Source: Candidatus Levyibacteriota bacterium
GTDB taxonomy: Bacteria; Patescibacteriota; Microgenomatia; Levybacterales; UBA12049
DNA length: 64,000 nt
Direction: 5' to 3'
Assembly (NCBI GenBank): GCA_043823085.1
Contig: JBDRBE010000004.1
Span: forward strand, 197,510-261,509
Under the pieces are notes generated by a model. That model was not told the DNA's origin and searched no databases. It saw only the letters and a list, made by a program, of their open reading frames with translations. Every line of letters starts with the position of its first letter. Position 1 is the first letter of the stretch. This document shows, piece after piece, positions 49,529 to 59,096 of the stretch. The translations under genes were made by a program, and so were the position numbers.

Positions 49529-50350
49529 ATGGCGGAAGGTAATGAAAACAATCCACTGGGGTTTAGAAAAAGTTTAAAAGAACTAATACGAGAAGACACT
49601 TCTTTGGAACAAAAAATGGTAGATGAAGGTTCACCAATAAGAGATAATGTATGGCAGTTATACGAAGGGGATGTTTTGACTTACGACCATACTTTTTCAG
49701 AAATATTAAAGGAACTAAATCTAAAATCTCTTAAGGAATGGATGGAACTAAGAAAAAAATCAGGTCAAACAACACACATCTTGGACGTCATGGGAGGCAA
49801 CGGTACCTTTTTAAGGAATCTTAGCAAATATGGCATAAGAGGACACGATGTGAGTCCTTATTTTGATAAAAGTTTAGCCATAACACTTGTTGATGAAAGA
49901 TCGGGGGATGAGCGATTGAGAAAAGAAGACGAGAGAAGAGGCGTATTTTTTGTAGCAGGAGACATAACCTCTGGCAGTACATGGAAAAAAGTTTCGGAAT
50001 GGATGAAAGCAAATAATGTCCCATCTTTTGATCTTGTAATCTGCAGAGGAGTAGAAGGGATAGACAATATTCCAATCCCTTTATACAAGACTATCCTTGA
50101 TAGATTTTATCAAAGAACTTCTAGCCAAAACGGCCTAATCCTATCTCAGGTATCTGCTTGGGCAAATTCGCAATTAAAACAATGGGACGCGGAATTAAAT
50201 AAAATTCCCGGCATTAAAACAATTACTCAAAAAGAAAGAAAAACGTTGGGATATTCGTCTATGGGCGCTGGCTATCCTGCGATTGGAATAGTAAAATCCA
50301 ATGAAGCTCCTAAAATCCTACCAAGATTTATTTCTCCAGAAAAAATCTGA
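49529..50350 (+). CDS. Class I SAM-dependent methyltransferase-like protein
   Basis: ILDVMGGNG, VAGDI and FDLVIC motifs. Confidence 0.6.
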   Translation: MAEGNENNPLGFRKSLKELIREDTSLEQKMVDEGSPIRDNVWQLYEGDVLTYDHTFSEILKELNLKSLKEWMELRKKSGQTTHILDVMGGNGTFLRNLSKYGIRGHDVSPYFDKSLAITLVDERSGDERLRKEDERRGVFFVAGDITSGSTWKKVSEWMKANNVPSFDLVICRGVEGIDNIPIPLYKTILDRFYQRTSSQNGLILSQVSAWANSQLKQWDAELNKIPGIKTITQKERKTLGYSSMGAGYPAIGIVKSNEAPKILPRFISPEKI

Positions 50351-50455
50351 TGTGGGTAATCTACCGCACGACATTAGAACTTATTTTAGCACACTTCAGC
50401 TGGAAGAATTAGAATTTTTCAAAACCTCGTTTGCTGTTCTGTATTGAAAAAGGTT

Positions 50456-50968
50456 TTATAGTAGAGGTTTGTTAAAATCTTCTTGACTTATTAACTCAAA
50501 TTCCTCATCTTTACCAGGAGGACGAAAAAATTTCCAGTAGTGATTAAATGCTTCTTCATCAATTGTGAAAGAATCTGAAGGAGGATTTCCTGTTCTTTTT
50601 AAAGTTCTTTTTTTCATAACCTCAAAAGGTGCTTCAATATAATATAATTTTGGAATAGCGCCTGCATTTCTTACTTTTTCACTTATCGCATTCCGATGCT
50701 CTTTTACCCAAAATCCTTCATCAATAATGACACTTATTTCTGCTTTTAAGCATTTAAGCGCCATGTCTGTTGCCAGCGATGTCATTCTATTATCATATTC
50801 TTCAAACTTGTCTTTAGGAGGAGTATTTCCAAAAACTCTCACCATCCATTCATCTTTCGTGAATCTAATTGCTCCTGTCTCTTTTTCTAATTTTCTGGCA
50901 AATGTTGTTTTCCCAGAACCGATAAATCCAATGATTATATGTGCTATTGGTTTACTATTTTTCTCCAT
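50456..50968 (-). CDS. P-loop kinase (AAA_33-like)
   Basis: GFIGSGKTT and VIIDEGFW motifs. Confidence 0.8.
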   Translation of the reverse strand: MEKNSKPIAHIIIGFIGSGKTTFARKLEKETGAIRFTKDEWMVRVFGNTPPKDKFEEYDNRMTSLATDMALKCLKAEISVIIDEGFWVKEHRNAISEKVRNAGAIPKLYYIEAPFEVMKKRTLKRTGNPPSDSFTIDEEAFNHYWKFFRPPGKDEEFELISQEDFNKPLL

Positions 50969-51049
50969 AAAAATAATTATAGCATGATAGAGAGTCTTGG
51001 TAAGTTCAATCGTTCAGTCAGGGACGACAAAAATCAAGGCTAAATTTCT

Positions 51050-51125
51050 TGGGGTGGCTGACGGGATTCGAACCCGCGACGGCTAGCTCCACAAGCTAGT
51101 GCTCTACCACTGAGCTACAACCACC
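51050..51125 (-). tRNA. tRNA-His(GTG), with G-1 and CCA encoded
   Basis: CTAGC-TT GTG GA-GCTAG anticodon arm. Confidence 0.95.
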
Positions 51126-51144
51126 ATGCATTAATTTAATTGTG

Positions 51145-51218
51145 TCGGGGACAGAGGACTCGAACCTCCGACCTCACGGTCCCAAACCGCGCGCTCTAGC
51201 CAACTGAGCTAGTCCCCG
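51145..51218 (-). tRNA. tRNA-Pro(TGG)
   Basis: CGCGG-TT TGG GA-CCGTG anticodon arm. Confidence 0.95.
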
Positions 51219-51255
51219 TGTGTAAAGTCAAACTTGACTACCGAGTTCGACTCGG

Positions 51256-51338
51256 TGCCGCGGGAGAGAGTCGAACTCTCACGCCATTACTGACAAAGGC
51301 TCTTAAGGCCTTCGTGTCTACCATTCCACCACCGCGGC
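51256..51338 (-). tRNA. tRNA-Leu(TAA)
   Basis: AAGGC-CT TAA GA-GCCTT anticodon arm and long variable arm. Confidence 0.94.
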
Positions 51339-51422
51339 ATATTTGTATTTTATCTTAAATAAGCTTTGACTTCAATACAATTGCAATTAGATAGCTGAAT
51401 TGATAAAATTAGATTGCTACTT

Positions 51423-51494
51423 GCGGGTGTAGTTCAGCGGTAGAACATCTGCTTTCCAAGCAGAATGTCGTCGGTTCGATCCCGATCACCCGCT
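51423..51494 (+). tRNA. tRNA-Gly(TCC)
   Basis: TCTGC-TT TCC AA-GCAGA anticodon arm. Confidence 0.95.
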
Positions 51495-51502
51495 CACAAG
51501 TT

Positions 51503-51575
51503 GCGCCTGTAGCTCAACGGACAGAGCAATTCCCTTCTAAGGAATAGGTTGTGGGTTCGATTCCCGCCAGGCGCG
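51503..51575 (+). tRNA. tRNA-Arg(TCT)
   Basis: ATTCC-CT TCT AA-GGAAT anticodon arm. Confidence 0.95.
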
Positions 51576-51581
51576 CAAAAA

Positions 51582-52553
51582 TTATAAGTGCGGTGGCGGA
51601 GTGATACCCTGAATCCTCAAAGAATAATCCAGTAACTCTTTCATTTCCGTTCTTCTGTTATTGCTTCCCAAAATTACTCCAATAATTTTATGTCCTTGAT
51701 AATCCAAATATGTTATTAAACAAAGCTCGGCTTCGGGCGTATAACCTGTTTTAACACCTTTCACACCGGGATAACTTGAAATCAAATTTGTTTCATTCTC
51801 CAAGAAGAAATATTTGTGACCCGAAGTTGAAAGAATTTCCTGTTGAAAGGTGGCCGCGACTTTATTAAATAATGGAAAATTATTTAAGGCGTAATTTGTG
51901 ATTATAAAAAGATCATAGGCGGTTGAATATTGATTACCATCTCCTTGCAAACCGGAAGGATTTGTAAAATGCGTATCTTTTAGTCCTAACGATTTTGCTT
52001 TCTTGTTCATGGCGTTAATAAAGTCTTGCCTGCCGCCCGAAAAATTATCTGCCAAAACCTCTGCCGCGTCGTTTCCAGAGGAAAGAATTAAACCATATAA
52101 AAGTTCTTCCAAAGATATAATTTCACCCTCTGTCAATCCCATACTGTCCTCGCCAACCAAATCTCTTTTTAAAACCAAATATCTATCGTCTTTTTTGGGA
52201 TTTTCCAATGAAATTATAGAAGTCATTACTTTTGTTAGAGAGGCTATGGGGAGCCTTTCTTTGGCGTTCTTTTCGTAAAGAGTTTTTTGTGAAGTTAAAT
52301 CATAAACAAAAACTGATTTTGCCAAAATTTCCGGCTTTTGAGTTGAAGAATTTTGACTAAAATTTATTTGCGGTAAAAAAAGATTGAGAGTTGAAACCTG
52401 ATTGTTTTTGGTAATTGTTAAAAAATCCGGCAGGGGAGAAACAAGGCTTATTTTATTCTTTAATAAAACCGGGCCAAAAACCCAAAGAATTATAGCGCCA
52501 ATTAAAACCGCAAGAATTATTGTTAAATGAAAAGAAACAAAAAAATGCTTCAT
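51582..52553 (-). CDS. D-alanyl-D-alanine carboxypeptidase (S11)
   Basis: ASLTK, SGND and KTG motifs. Confidence 0.92.
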   Translation of the reverse strand: MKHFFVSFHLTIILAVLIGAIILWVFGPVLLKNKISLVSPLPDFLTITKNNQVSTLNLFLPQINFSQNSSTQKPEILAKSVFVYDLTSQKTLYEKNAKERLPIASLTKVMTSIISLENPKKDDRYLVLKRDLVGEDSMGLTEGEIISLEELLYGLILSSGNDAAEVLADNFSGGRQDFINAMNKKAKSLGLKDTHFTNPSGLQGDGNQYSTAYDLFIITNYALNNFPLFNKVAATFQQEILSTSGHKYFFLENETNLISSYPGVKGVKTGYTPEAELCLITYLDYQGHKIIGVILGSNNRRTEMKELLDYSLRIQGITPPPHL

Positions 52554-52614
52554 TTTGTCGTCATAACCAAAAAGTTGACAATTACCTTTAACTATATCAT
52601 GATAAATATGTTCT

Positions 52615-53142
52615 ATGAATAAGAAAAACTTTGGTTTTACTCTAATAGAGTTAATAGTTGTCATTGCAATTTTGGGAATCCTGGCTACAGGAACTATGGC
52701 AATTATTAATCCTTTTGGTCAAATTCAAAAATCAAGAGATGCGATACGAAAAAGCGCTCTTAGGCAAATTGCAAATGAACTGGATGCATATTTTATTACT
52801 TATGGAAGCTATCCTTCAACAGGTAATGCTGTATGGGCCGAAGGGAAATGCACTAATTTTCCAGAAACTACTATTAAACCAAACTATTCCGGGCCAAACG
52901 CATATATTCCCAACTTAGCTCCTCTGCAAATTAAAAATCTTCCCGGTGATCCAAACGTAAATGGAATAGGAAAACGTTGTTATATTTATCAAAGCGACGG
53001 TACATATTATATCCTTTCAGCTCACGTGGGAGCTGAAGCGTCCTTTCAGCCTAACGACCCACTGATCCGCTTGCTAGCTCCAGCCTGCACCACTCAGCAA
53101 GCAACTTTTACTATTCTTTCTCGTGGAGGAACGTGTTGGTAA
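52615..53142 (+). CDS. Type IV pilin / GspG-like pseudopilin
   Basis: G-FTLIE prepilin cleavage site and hydrophobic helix. Confidence 0.88.
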   Translation: MNKKNFGFTLIELIVVIAILGILATGTMAIINPFGQIQKSRDAIRKSALRQIANELDAYFITYGSYPSTGNAVWAEGKCTNFPETTIKPNYSGPNAYIPNLAPLQIKNLPGDPNVNGIGKRCYIYQSDGTYYILSAHVGAEASFQPNDPLIRLLAPACTTQQATFTILSRGGTCW

Positions 53143-53241
53143 TCCGTATCTAATTAAAGAAAATCTGCCTTCCCACTTCCGATGTGGGAACGCGTTTTTG
53201 AATTAAAGTATTCTGCTTTGATTTCTGCTATAATACACATA

Positions 53242-53370
53242 ACCGCGCAAGCCGCGGTATTATCGTATACTATAATTAATACAAATAGCATACGACCCTC
53301 CAAAAATCGCACCGTGAGCCGTGTATGAATAATACCCAAAGGTGAACGGCAAGATTAGGAGGGTTTTTGG
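53242..53370 (+). promoter_or_regulatory. Structured 5' leader of typA
   Basis: TG-n-TATAAT at 53226-53234, followed by multiple stems, one sequestering GGAGG. Confidence 0.55.
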
Positions 53371-53375
53371 AATAT

Positions 53376-55190
53376 ATGACTATTAACATTCGTAACGTTG
53401 CAATTATCGCCCACGTTGACCATGGTAAGACAACTTTGGTTGACGCTCTTTTAAAACAATCAAAAACAAAACTGCACAAAGATAGCAGCATTACGCTAAT
53501 CATGGACACCAATGAACTCGAGCAGGAAAGAGGCATTACTATTTTTTCCAAAAATGCATCTGTAGATTGGGAAGGAACCAAAATAAATATCATTGACACT
53601 CCCGGACACGCTGATTTTGGCGGAGAAGTGGAGCGAGTTTTAAAAATGGCAGACGGATGTTTATTGCTTATTGATGCCAAAGAAGGACCAATGCCCCAAA
53701 CCAGATTTGTTTTGAAAAAAGCGCTGGAAATGAAACACAAAATTATTGTCGTGATTAATAAAATCGATAAAAAAGACGCCAGAATAAATTATGTTTTGGA
53801 TAAAACTCTTGATTTATTTTTGGAACTTGGCGCAAGTGATGAAATTTCCGATTTTCCAATAATTTACACAAGCGCCAAACACGGAAAAGCAGGCATGACA
53901 GAAGATTTAGATTCGATGAAAAATATTACGCCTGTTTTTGAAACTATTTTAAAAGAAATTCCCGCGCCAAGCGGAAATGCAAATAAGCCGCTGCAAATGC
54001 TCGTTACATCAATTGCAAACGATCCTCATAAGGGAAGAGTTGCTACCGGAAGAATTTACAACGGGACTATTAAATCCGGACAAGAAGTCATGCATATCAA
54101 TAGAAACGGGGAACAGAATAAATTTCGGCTTACATCTTTAATGACATTTATCGGCATTGATAAAGTTGAGATCCAAAAAGTTCAAGCAGGAGATATTTTG
54201 GCAATCACCGGCATTCCCGATATCACTATTGGCGAAACCGTAGCTGATATTTTAGAACCAACTGTTCTTCCGCTTTTGGATATTGAACAGCCGACAATTC
54301 AAATTGCATTTATGATTAACAACTCTCCATTTGCCGGAAAAGAAGGAACATATAAAACATCAAGAGAAATCCGAGCAAGATTATACAAAGAATTAGAAAC
54401 CGATATGGCGCTTAAAATTATCGATGACGCGCACGGAAACTGGACAGTATCGGGAAGAGGTGAGCTTCATTTAGCGATTTTAATTGAAAGATTAAGACGG
54501 GAAGGCTATGAATTTCAAGTCGGCCGCCCAAAAGTTATTGAAAAAATTATTAATGGCCAAAATTTAACTCCTTATGAACAAGTTTTTATAGAAGTACCTG
54601 AAAATTCAAGCAGTGTTGTAATGCAAAAAATGGGAGAAAGAAGAGCAGAACTCAAAGACATGAATGTTGAAAATGGAATCGCATTTATGGAATTTGTAAT
54701 TGCAACTAAATCTTTTTTTGGCTATCGAAGCGAATTTACCGAGGACACGCGCGGTCTTGGCGTTATTAACAGCATATTTTTAAAATATGATAGTGATAGC
54801 GGTTTTAACAATCAAAAAAGTCAGGGGTCGCTTGTTGCTTGCGAAAGCGGAACAACAACTCTTTACGGTTTAACAAATACTCAAAACAGAGGAAAACTTT
54901 TTATTGGACCGGCGGTTGCCGTTTACAAAGGACAAGTTATCGGTCAAAATGCCAGAAGCGAAGATATACGCATCAACGCCTGCAAAGAAAAGCAATTGTC
55001 GAATATGCGCTCTAAAGGCGAGGGAGGCATGGAACATTTTAACACTCCAAAAATTATGGATCTTGAAGACGCTCTGGAATATATTGCCGATGACGAACTT
55101 GTCGAAGTTACCCCAAAAAGCATCAGAATCAGAAAAATAATTCTCGACGAACTGGAAGAGCGCCGCAAACGATCCCAAGGTCTTTTATAA
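53376..55190 (+). CDS. typA: Translational GTPase TypA/BipA
   Basis: IAHVDHGKTT, DTPGHADFGGEVER, GRGELHL and ELVEVTPKSIR motifs. Confidence 0.97.
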   Translation: MTINIRNVAIIAHVDHGKTTLVDALLKQSKTKLHKDSSITLIMDTNELEQERGITIFSKNASVDWEGTKINIIDTPGHADFGGEVERVLKMADGCLLLIDAKEGPMPQTRFVLKKALEMKHKIIVVINKIDKKDARINYVLDKTLDLFLELGASDEISDFPIIYTSAKHGKAGMTEDLDSMKNITPVFETILKEIPAPSGNANKPLQMLVTSIANDPHKGRVATGRIYNGTIKSGQEVMHINRNGEQNKFRLTSLMTFIGIDKVEIQKVQAGDILAITGIPDITIGETVADILEPTVLPLLDIEQPTIQIAFMINNSPFAGKEGTYKTSREIRARLYKELETDMALKIIDDAHGNWTVSGRGELHLAILIERLRREGYEFQVGRPKVIEKIINGQNLTPYEQVFIEVPENSSSVVMQKMGERRAELKDMNVENGIAFMEFVIATKSFFGYRSEFTEDTRGLGVINSIFLKYDSDSGFNNQKSQGSLVACESGTTTLYGLTNTQNRGKLFIGPAVAVYKGQVIGQNARSEDIRINACKEKQLSNMRSKGEGGMEHFNTPKIMDLEDALEYIADDELVEVTPKSIRIRKIILDELEERRKRSQGLL

Positions 55191-55261
55191 ATCCAGCACC
55201 TTTTTCGCATCATATTATCTCATGCAACAAACTGCTGGGTTTTAGAAAGGTACTGGATAAA

Positions 55262-55699
55262 CTACTGTTTTGGCGCGGCTCCTTGACCACCAAACGCTCC
55301 TCTTATCGCAGAACCAATTTGTACATTTTGCGCAGTTACCGAACCGTCGGAATTTTGTGTGCCAAGAACCGTAACTTTTTCTCCAACTTTAAGATCGCTT
55401 TTTGCCGCTTCTGATGTTTTTAAGTATGCACAACCACTTGCCAAAATGACAATTTTACTTGAGTCATCGGCAAGCTTGACAGTCATACTTTTATCATCAA
55501 TGCTTAAAATTTCACCATTGATCGGTCGAAAGTTTTGCGATGCTGATCCCGCTCCCTGTCTAAAACCTCCATTCTGTCCTTGCCCAAAACCACCTCCTAG
55601 AAAAGACGTATTTCTGCTTTTTTGATACTGCATTCCTCCAAAAAAAGAACCTGCGGCAATAACTATCGCAACAACAATTATCAAAATTTTAGAATTCAT
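55262..55699 (-). CDS. Membrane-anchored DUF5666-like beta protein
   Basis: N-terminal TM, Gly-rich linker and DGSVTAQNVQI. Confidence 0.65.
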   Translation of the reverse strand: MNSKILIIVVAIVIAAGSFFGGMQYQKSRNTSFLGGGFGQGQNGGFRQGAGSASQNFRPINGEILSIDDKSMTVKLADDSSKIVILASGCAYLKTSEAAKSDLKVGEKVTVLGTQNSDGSVTAQNVQIGSAIRGAFGGQGAAPKQ

Positions 55700-55725
55700 T
55701 TTTTCTCACCCCCTCCAATAAGAAA

Positions 55726-56943
55726 TTATTCATATCTTAGTGCCTCAATTGGGCTTAAATCCGAAGCTTTTTTAGCCGGATACCAGCCAAAAAGAATACC
55801 AATTCCTCCTGATATTCCAACGGCTAAAAAAACAGAAAAGATAGATACAGTAAACGGCAAACTTAGGAAAGCAGAAATTACCAATGATAAAATAATTCCC
55901 AAAACCATTCCCAGCACCCCTCCCACAACTGTTAAAATAATTGATTCAATCAGAAACTGAATGACAACAGTACTATCTTTTGCTCCCAGAGCTTTTCGAA
56001 GACCAATTTCGCGCGTTCTTTCAATAACCGTAACTAACATAATATTCATAATTCCAATTCCTCCTACCAAAAGCGATATTGCGGCAATACCGGAAAGCAA
56101 AGCGGTAAAGGTTCCAGTAACTTGAGACGCTGCTCCCAAAATATCCGCTTGAGAAAAAATACTAAAGTCGGCCTGTGTTGCATCAGTGAGTTTGTGTCTT
56201 GCCAAAAGCAAATATCCAGCATCATTTTGTGCTTGCGTCATTACATCAGGACTTGATGCCGATAAAGAAACACTTGTTACATAATCAATGCCAAAAATAG
56301 TTTTTTGCGCCGTTGTTATCGGAACAAAAACTATATCATCCTGATTTGCAAATCCGCTTCCTCCTTTGGATACCGTAACTCCAATAATTGTAAAAGGAAT
56401 TTTATTGATGCGAAGCGTCTGGCCTGTCGCGTCACCACCATTAAAAAGATCAGTAACTATCGTAGGACCAACCACCGCAACGTTTCTCATCCCACTAACA
56501 TCTTGCGTTGTTATAAATGAACCAGACTGCATTGTAACATTGTGAACACTTACGTAATTAGCTGTCGCACCAATAATTTGCGTATTTGAATTGTTTCTTC
56601 CTGCAGTTATTTGCGCTCTCCTGGTTATTTCGGGTGAAACTTTACTAATTGATGCAAAATGCGCAGAATCAATAGCATTGGCGTCTTCAAGTGTAAGGGT
56701 TGTATTACTTCCTGCCGCGCCTTGGACAGTACCTGTTCTTTGTGCGCCAGGAGATATAGTAAGCAGATTTGCGCCAAGACCCTCTATTTGCGACGCAACC
56801 ATTTGCTGACTTGCCTGTCCCAATGACACAAGAGTGATAACCGATCCGATACCAATAATTATTCCAAGCATTGCAAGGGCGGTACGGGTTTTATTTAAAA
56901 GCAGGGCTTCAAATGCCGATCTTAAAAACTCTCTTAATTCCAT
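55726..56943 (-). CDS. MacB-like ABC permease
   Basis: LGIIIGI, GGIGIMNIM..ERTREIGLRKALGA and PIEALRYE motifs. Confidence 0.95.
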   Translation of the reverse strand: MELREFLRSAFEALLLNKTRTALAMLGIIIGIGSVITLVSLGQASQQMVASQIEGLGANLLTISPGAQRTGTVQGAAGSNTTLTLEDANAIDSAHFASISKVSPEITRRAQITAGRNNSNTQIIGATANYVSVHNVTMQSGSFITTQDVSGMRNVAVVGPTIVTDLFNGGDATGQTLRINKIPFTIIGVTVSKGGSGFANQDDIVFVPITTAQKTIFGIDYVTSVSLSASSPDVMTQAQNDAGYLLLARHKLTDATQADFSIFSQADILGAASQVTGTFTALLSGIAAISLLVGGIGIMNIMLVTVIERTREIGLRKALGAKDSTVVIQFLIESIILTVVGGVLGMVLGIILSLVISAFLSLPFTVSIFSVFLAVGISGGIGILFGWYPAKKASDLSPIEALRYE

Positions 56944-57644
56944 ATTGCTTTTTTTAGAATTTTATTTTGTTTGTTCTTTTTATCATTCACCAATTTACCA
57001 TCCCGAAGCTGCAGAATTCGTTTTGCATATGAAGCAATATCATGCTCATGAGTAATCATAATAATAGTATGACCTTGATTGTTTAAATCCTGAAAAATTC
57101 CCATGATTTCTTCTCCCTGTACCGACGCTAAATTCCCTGTTGGCTCATCTGCTAAAATAATTGCCGGATTCATAGCTAGCGCGCGCGCAATTGCAACTCT
57201 TTGCTGTTGTCCTCCTGAAAGTTGATTTGATTTACTTTCTGACCTTTCCCCAAGGCCTACCATTTTCAAAAACTTTATCGCTTCCTCTCGCCTCTGGATT
57301 TGGGGTATACCACCATAAACTAAAGGCAACATAACATTTTTAAGAGCTGTAGTTCTAGGAAGAAGGTTATAAGCCTGAAAAACAAATCCGATTTTTTTAT
57401 TTCTAATTTCTGCTAATTTATCTCTTGATAATTTACTGACGTCTTCTCCGTCTAAAACATATATTCCGCTCGTTGCAGTATCAAGGGCGCCGATTATATG
57501 CATTAGAGTTGATTTTCCGCTTCCGGATGGACCCATAATGGCAACAAACTCGCCTTTATCAACTGTAAATGAGACACCCGAAAGAGCAGTAGTTTCAACC
57601 GTGCCTGTTTTGTAGATTTTTGTAATATGTGATATTTGAATCAT
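56934..57644 (-). CDS. ABC ATP-binding protein (MacB/LolD-like)
   Basis: [17 protein letters not shown] and DEPTGNL motifs. Confidence 0.96.
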   Translation of the reverse strand: MIQISHITKIYKTGTVETTALSGVSFTVDKGEFVAIMGPSGSGKSTLMHIIGALDTATSGIYVLDGEDVSKLSRDKLAEIRNKKIGFVFQAYNLLPRTTALKNVMLPLVYGGIPQIQRREEAIKFLKMVGLGERSESKSNQLSGGQQQRVAIARALAMNPAIILADEPTGNLASVQGEEIMGIFQDLNNQGHTIIMITHEHDIASYAKRILQLRDGKLVNDKKNKQNKILKKAIWN

Positions 57645-57656
57645 AATTCATATATC

Positions 57657-59009
57657 TTAGCGTCCTTGTGTTCCTCCTCTTACTCCAGTGCTACTACCGC
57701 CAAAACCGCCAAGCCTTAATCCTCCGCTAAAAGGAGATGATCCGCTTGTTTGTGATGTTTCCATAGAAATTGCGCTGGTTACAACTACATCACCTTCCAA
57801 CAATCCGGATATTATTTCTGTTTGGGAATCAGAACTATTTCCAACTTCAACATTCACAGTTGAAATCGCACCATTTTTTAAAACCCGCACAGTTGATTGA
57901 GTTCCTATAGTTTGAACCGCGCTTGAGGGAACAAGTAAAACATTATCATCAACAATTGTAATAATATTTGCCGTTGCGCTCATGTTGGGTAAAATACTAT
58001 TGTCTGAATTGTCTAATTGAATTACTGCCGGATAAGTTGTGACACCTGAGGAAACCGCTCCTGTTGTATTTATTCCCATAACTTTTCCTGTAAATGTTTT
58101 ACCCAGAAATGCATCAAAGGAAATTGTTGCCTTTTGACCAACTTGAACTTTTGGAGCATCAACTTCCGCAACATTAACCAGAACTGTTGCCGAACTTCCG
58201 GTTTTAATTGAAGCTATTGTCTGATTGGAAGTATTAGTTGAACTTCCCGCAGTTGTATTGCTTGAACCTATCTGCATGCCTTCTGTTATTGTTAAATCGC
58301 CAATTACGCCTGCAGTTGGCGCAGTAATCGTTCCAGAGGTTAACTGATATGCTAAATTTGCATTATTTAAATTTGCGCCAGCCGCGGCTATTATACCCGA
58401 TTGATTTTTATAAGCGGCTTCTGCCGCAAACCAGTCATTTTGAGCAATTGTAAACGGCGTTAAAACTCGGTTTGAATTGTTCGCGCTTCCATCTGGATTT
58501 TGGTATGTTGAATTTTGTGCAATGTCCATATATGTTTTCCAAGCGCTGTACATCGCAGATTGCAAAGAAAATAACCTTGCATTTGCACTATCTAATGAAT
58601 TCTGTGCCGATATGAGAGATGACCATGCTTGTGCCTGTCGCTGTTGACCGGCCGTATCCAACGTAATATCGGCTATTTTATCTCCGGCTTTAACAGTATC
58701 TCCGCTTTTAACATAAATTTTACTGACAATTCCGCTTGCTTGAGTAACAATGCTGACTTTGTTGCTGACAGCTACTTGTCCTGCTTCTGTTAACGAAACA
58801 ACAAGGGTTCCTTTTTCAACTATTGCAGTTTGATATTGCGCAGCTTGTTTTGTGGCGATAAAATTCCGCCAACCAAAAAAAACAAAGAGCATTAAAATAA
58901 TTAAAACAATAAACCCTTTCTTTTTAGAGGAAAATAATAAGTTTTTAATTCTTTTAAGTGATCCAATATCTTTTACAATATTTTTAATATTTTTTTCTAT
59001 TTTTATCAT
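57657..59009 (-). CDS. Efflux membrane-fusion (MacA-like) protein
   Basis: TM segment, lipoyl-like VKSGDTVKAG and ITAPTAG motifs. Confidence 0.9.
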   Translation of the reverse strand: MIKIEKNIKNIVKDIGSLKRIKNLLFSSKKKGFIVLIILMLFVFFGWRNFIATKQAAQYQTAIVEKGTLVVSLTEAGQVAVSNKVSIVTQASGIVSKIYVKSGDTVKAGDKIADITLDTAGQQRQAQAWSSLISAQNSLDSANARLFSLQSAMYSAWKTYMDIAQNSTYQNPDGSANNSNRVLTPFTIAQNDWFAAEAAYKNQSGIIAAAGANLNNANLAYQLTSGTITAPTAGVIGDLTITEGMQIGSSNTTAGSSTNTSNQTIASIKTGSSATVLVNVAEVDAPKVQVGQKATISFDAFLGKTFTGKVMGINTTGAVSSGVTTYPAVIQLDNSDNSILPNMSATANIITIVDDNVLLVPSSAVQTIGTQSTVRVLKNGAISTVNVEVGNSSDSQTEIISGLLEGDVVVTSAISMETSQTSGSSPFSGGLRLGGFGGSSTGVRGGTQGR

Positions 59010-59096
59010 AATTTCATTTCGCCCCAGACTAATAGCCTGGGGGCACTTTGTATGATAGTTGTTCATCCTGAGAAAATCCTTAGAACTATTAAATTT

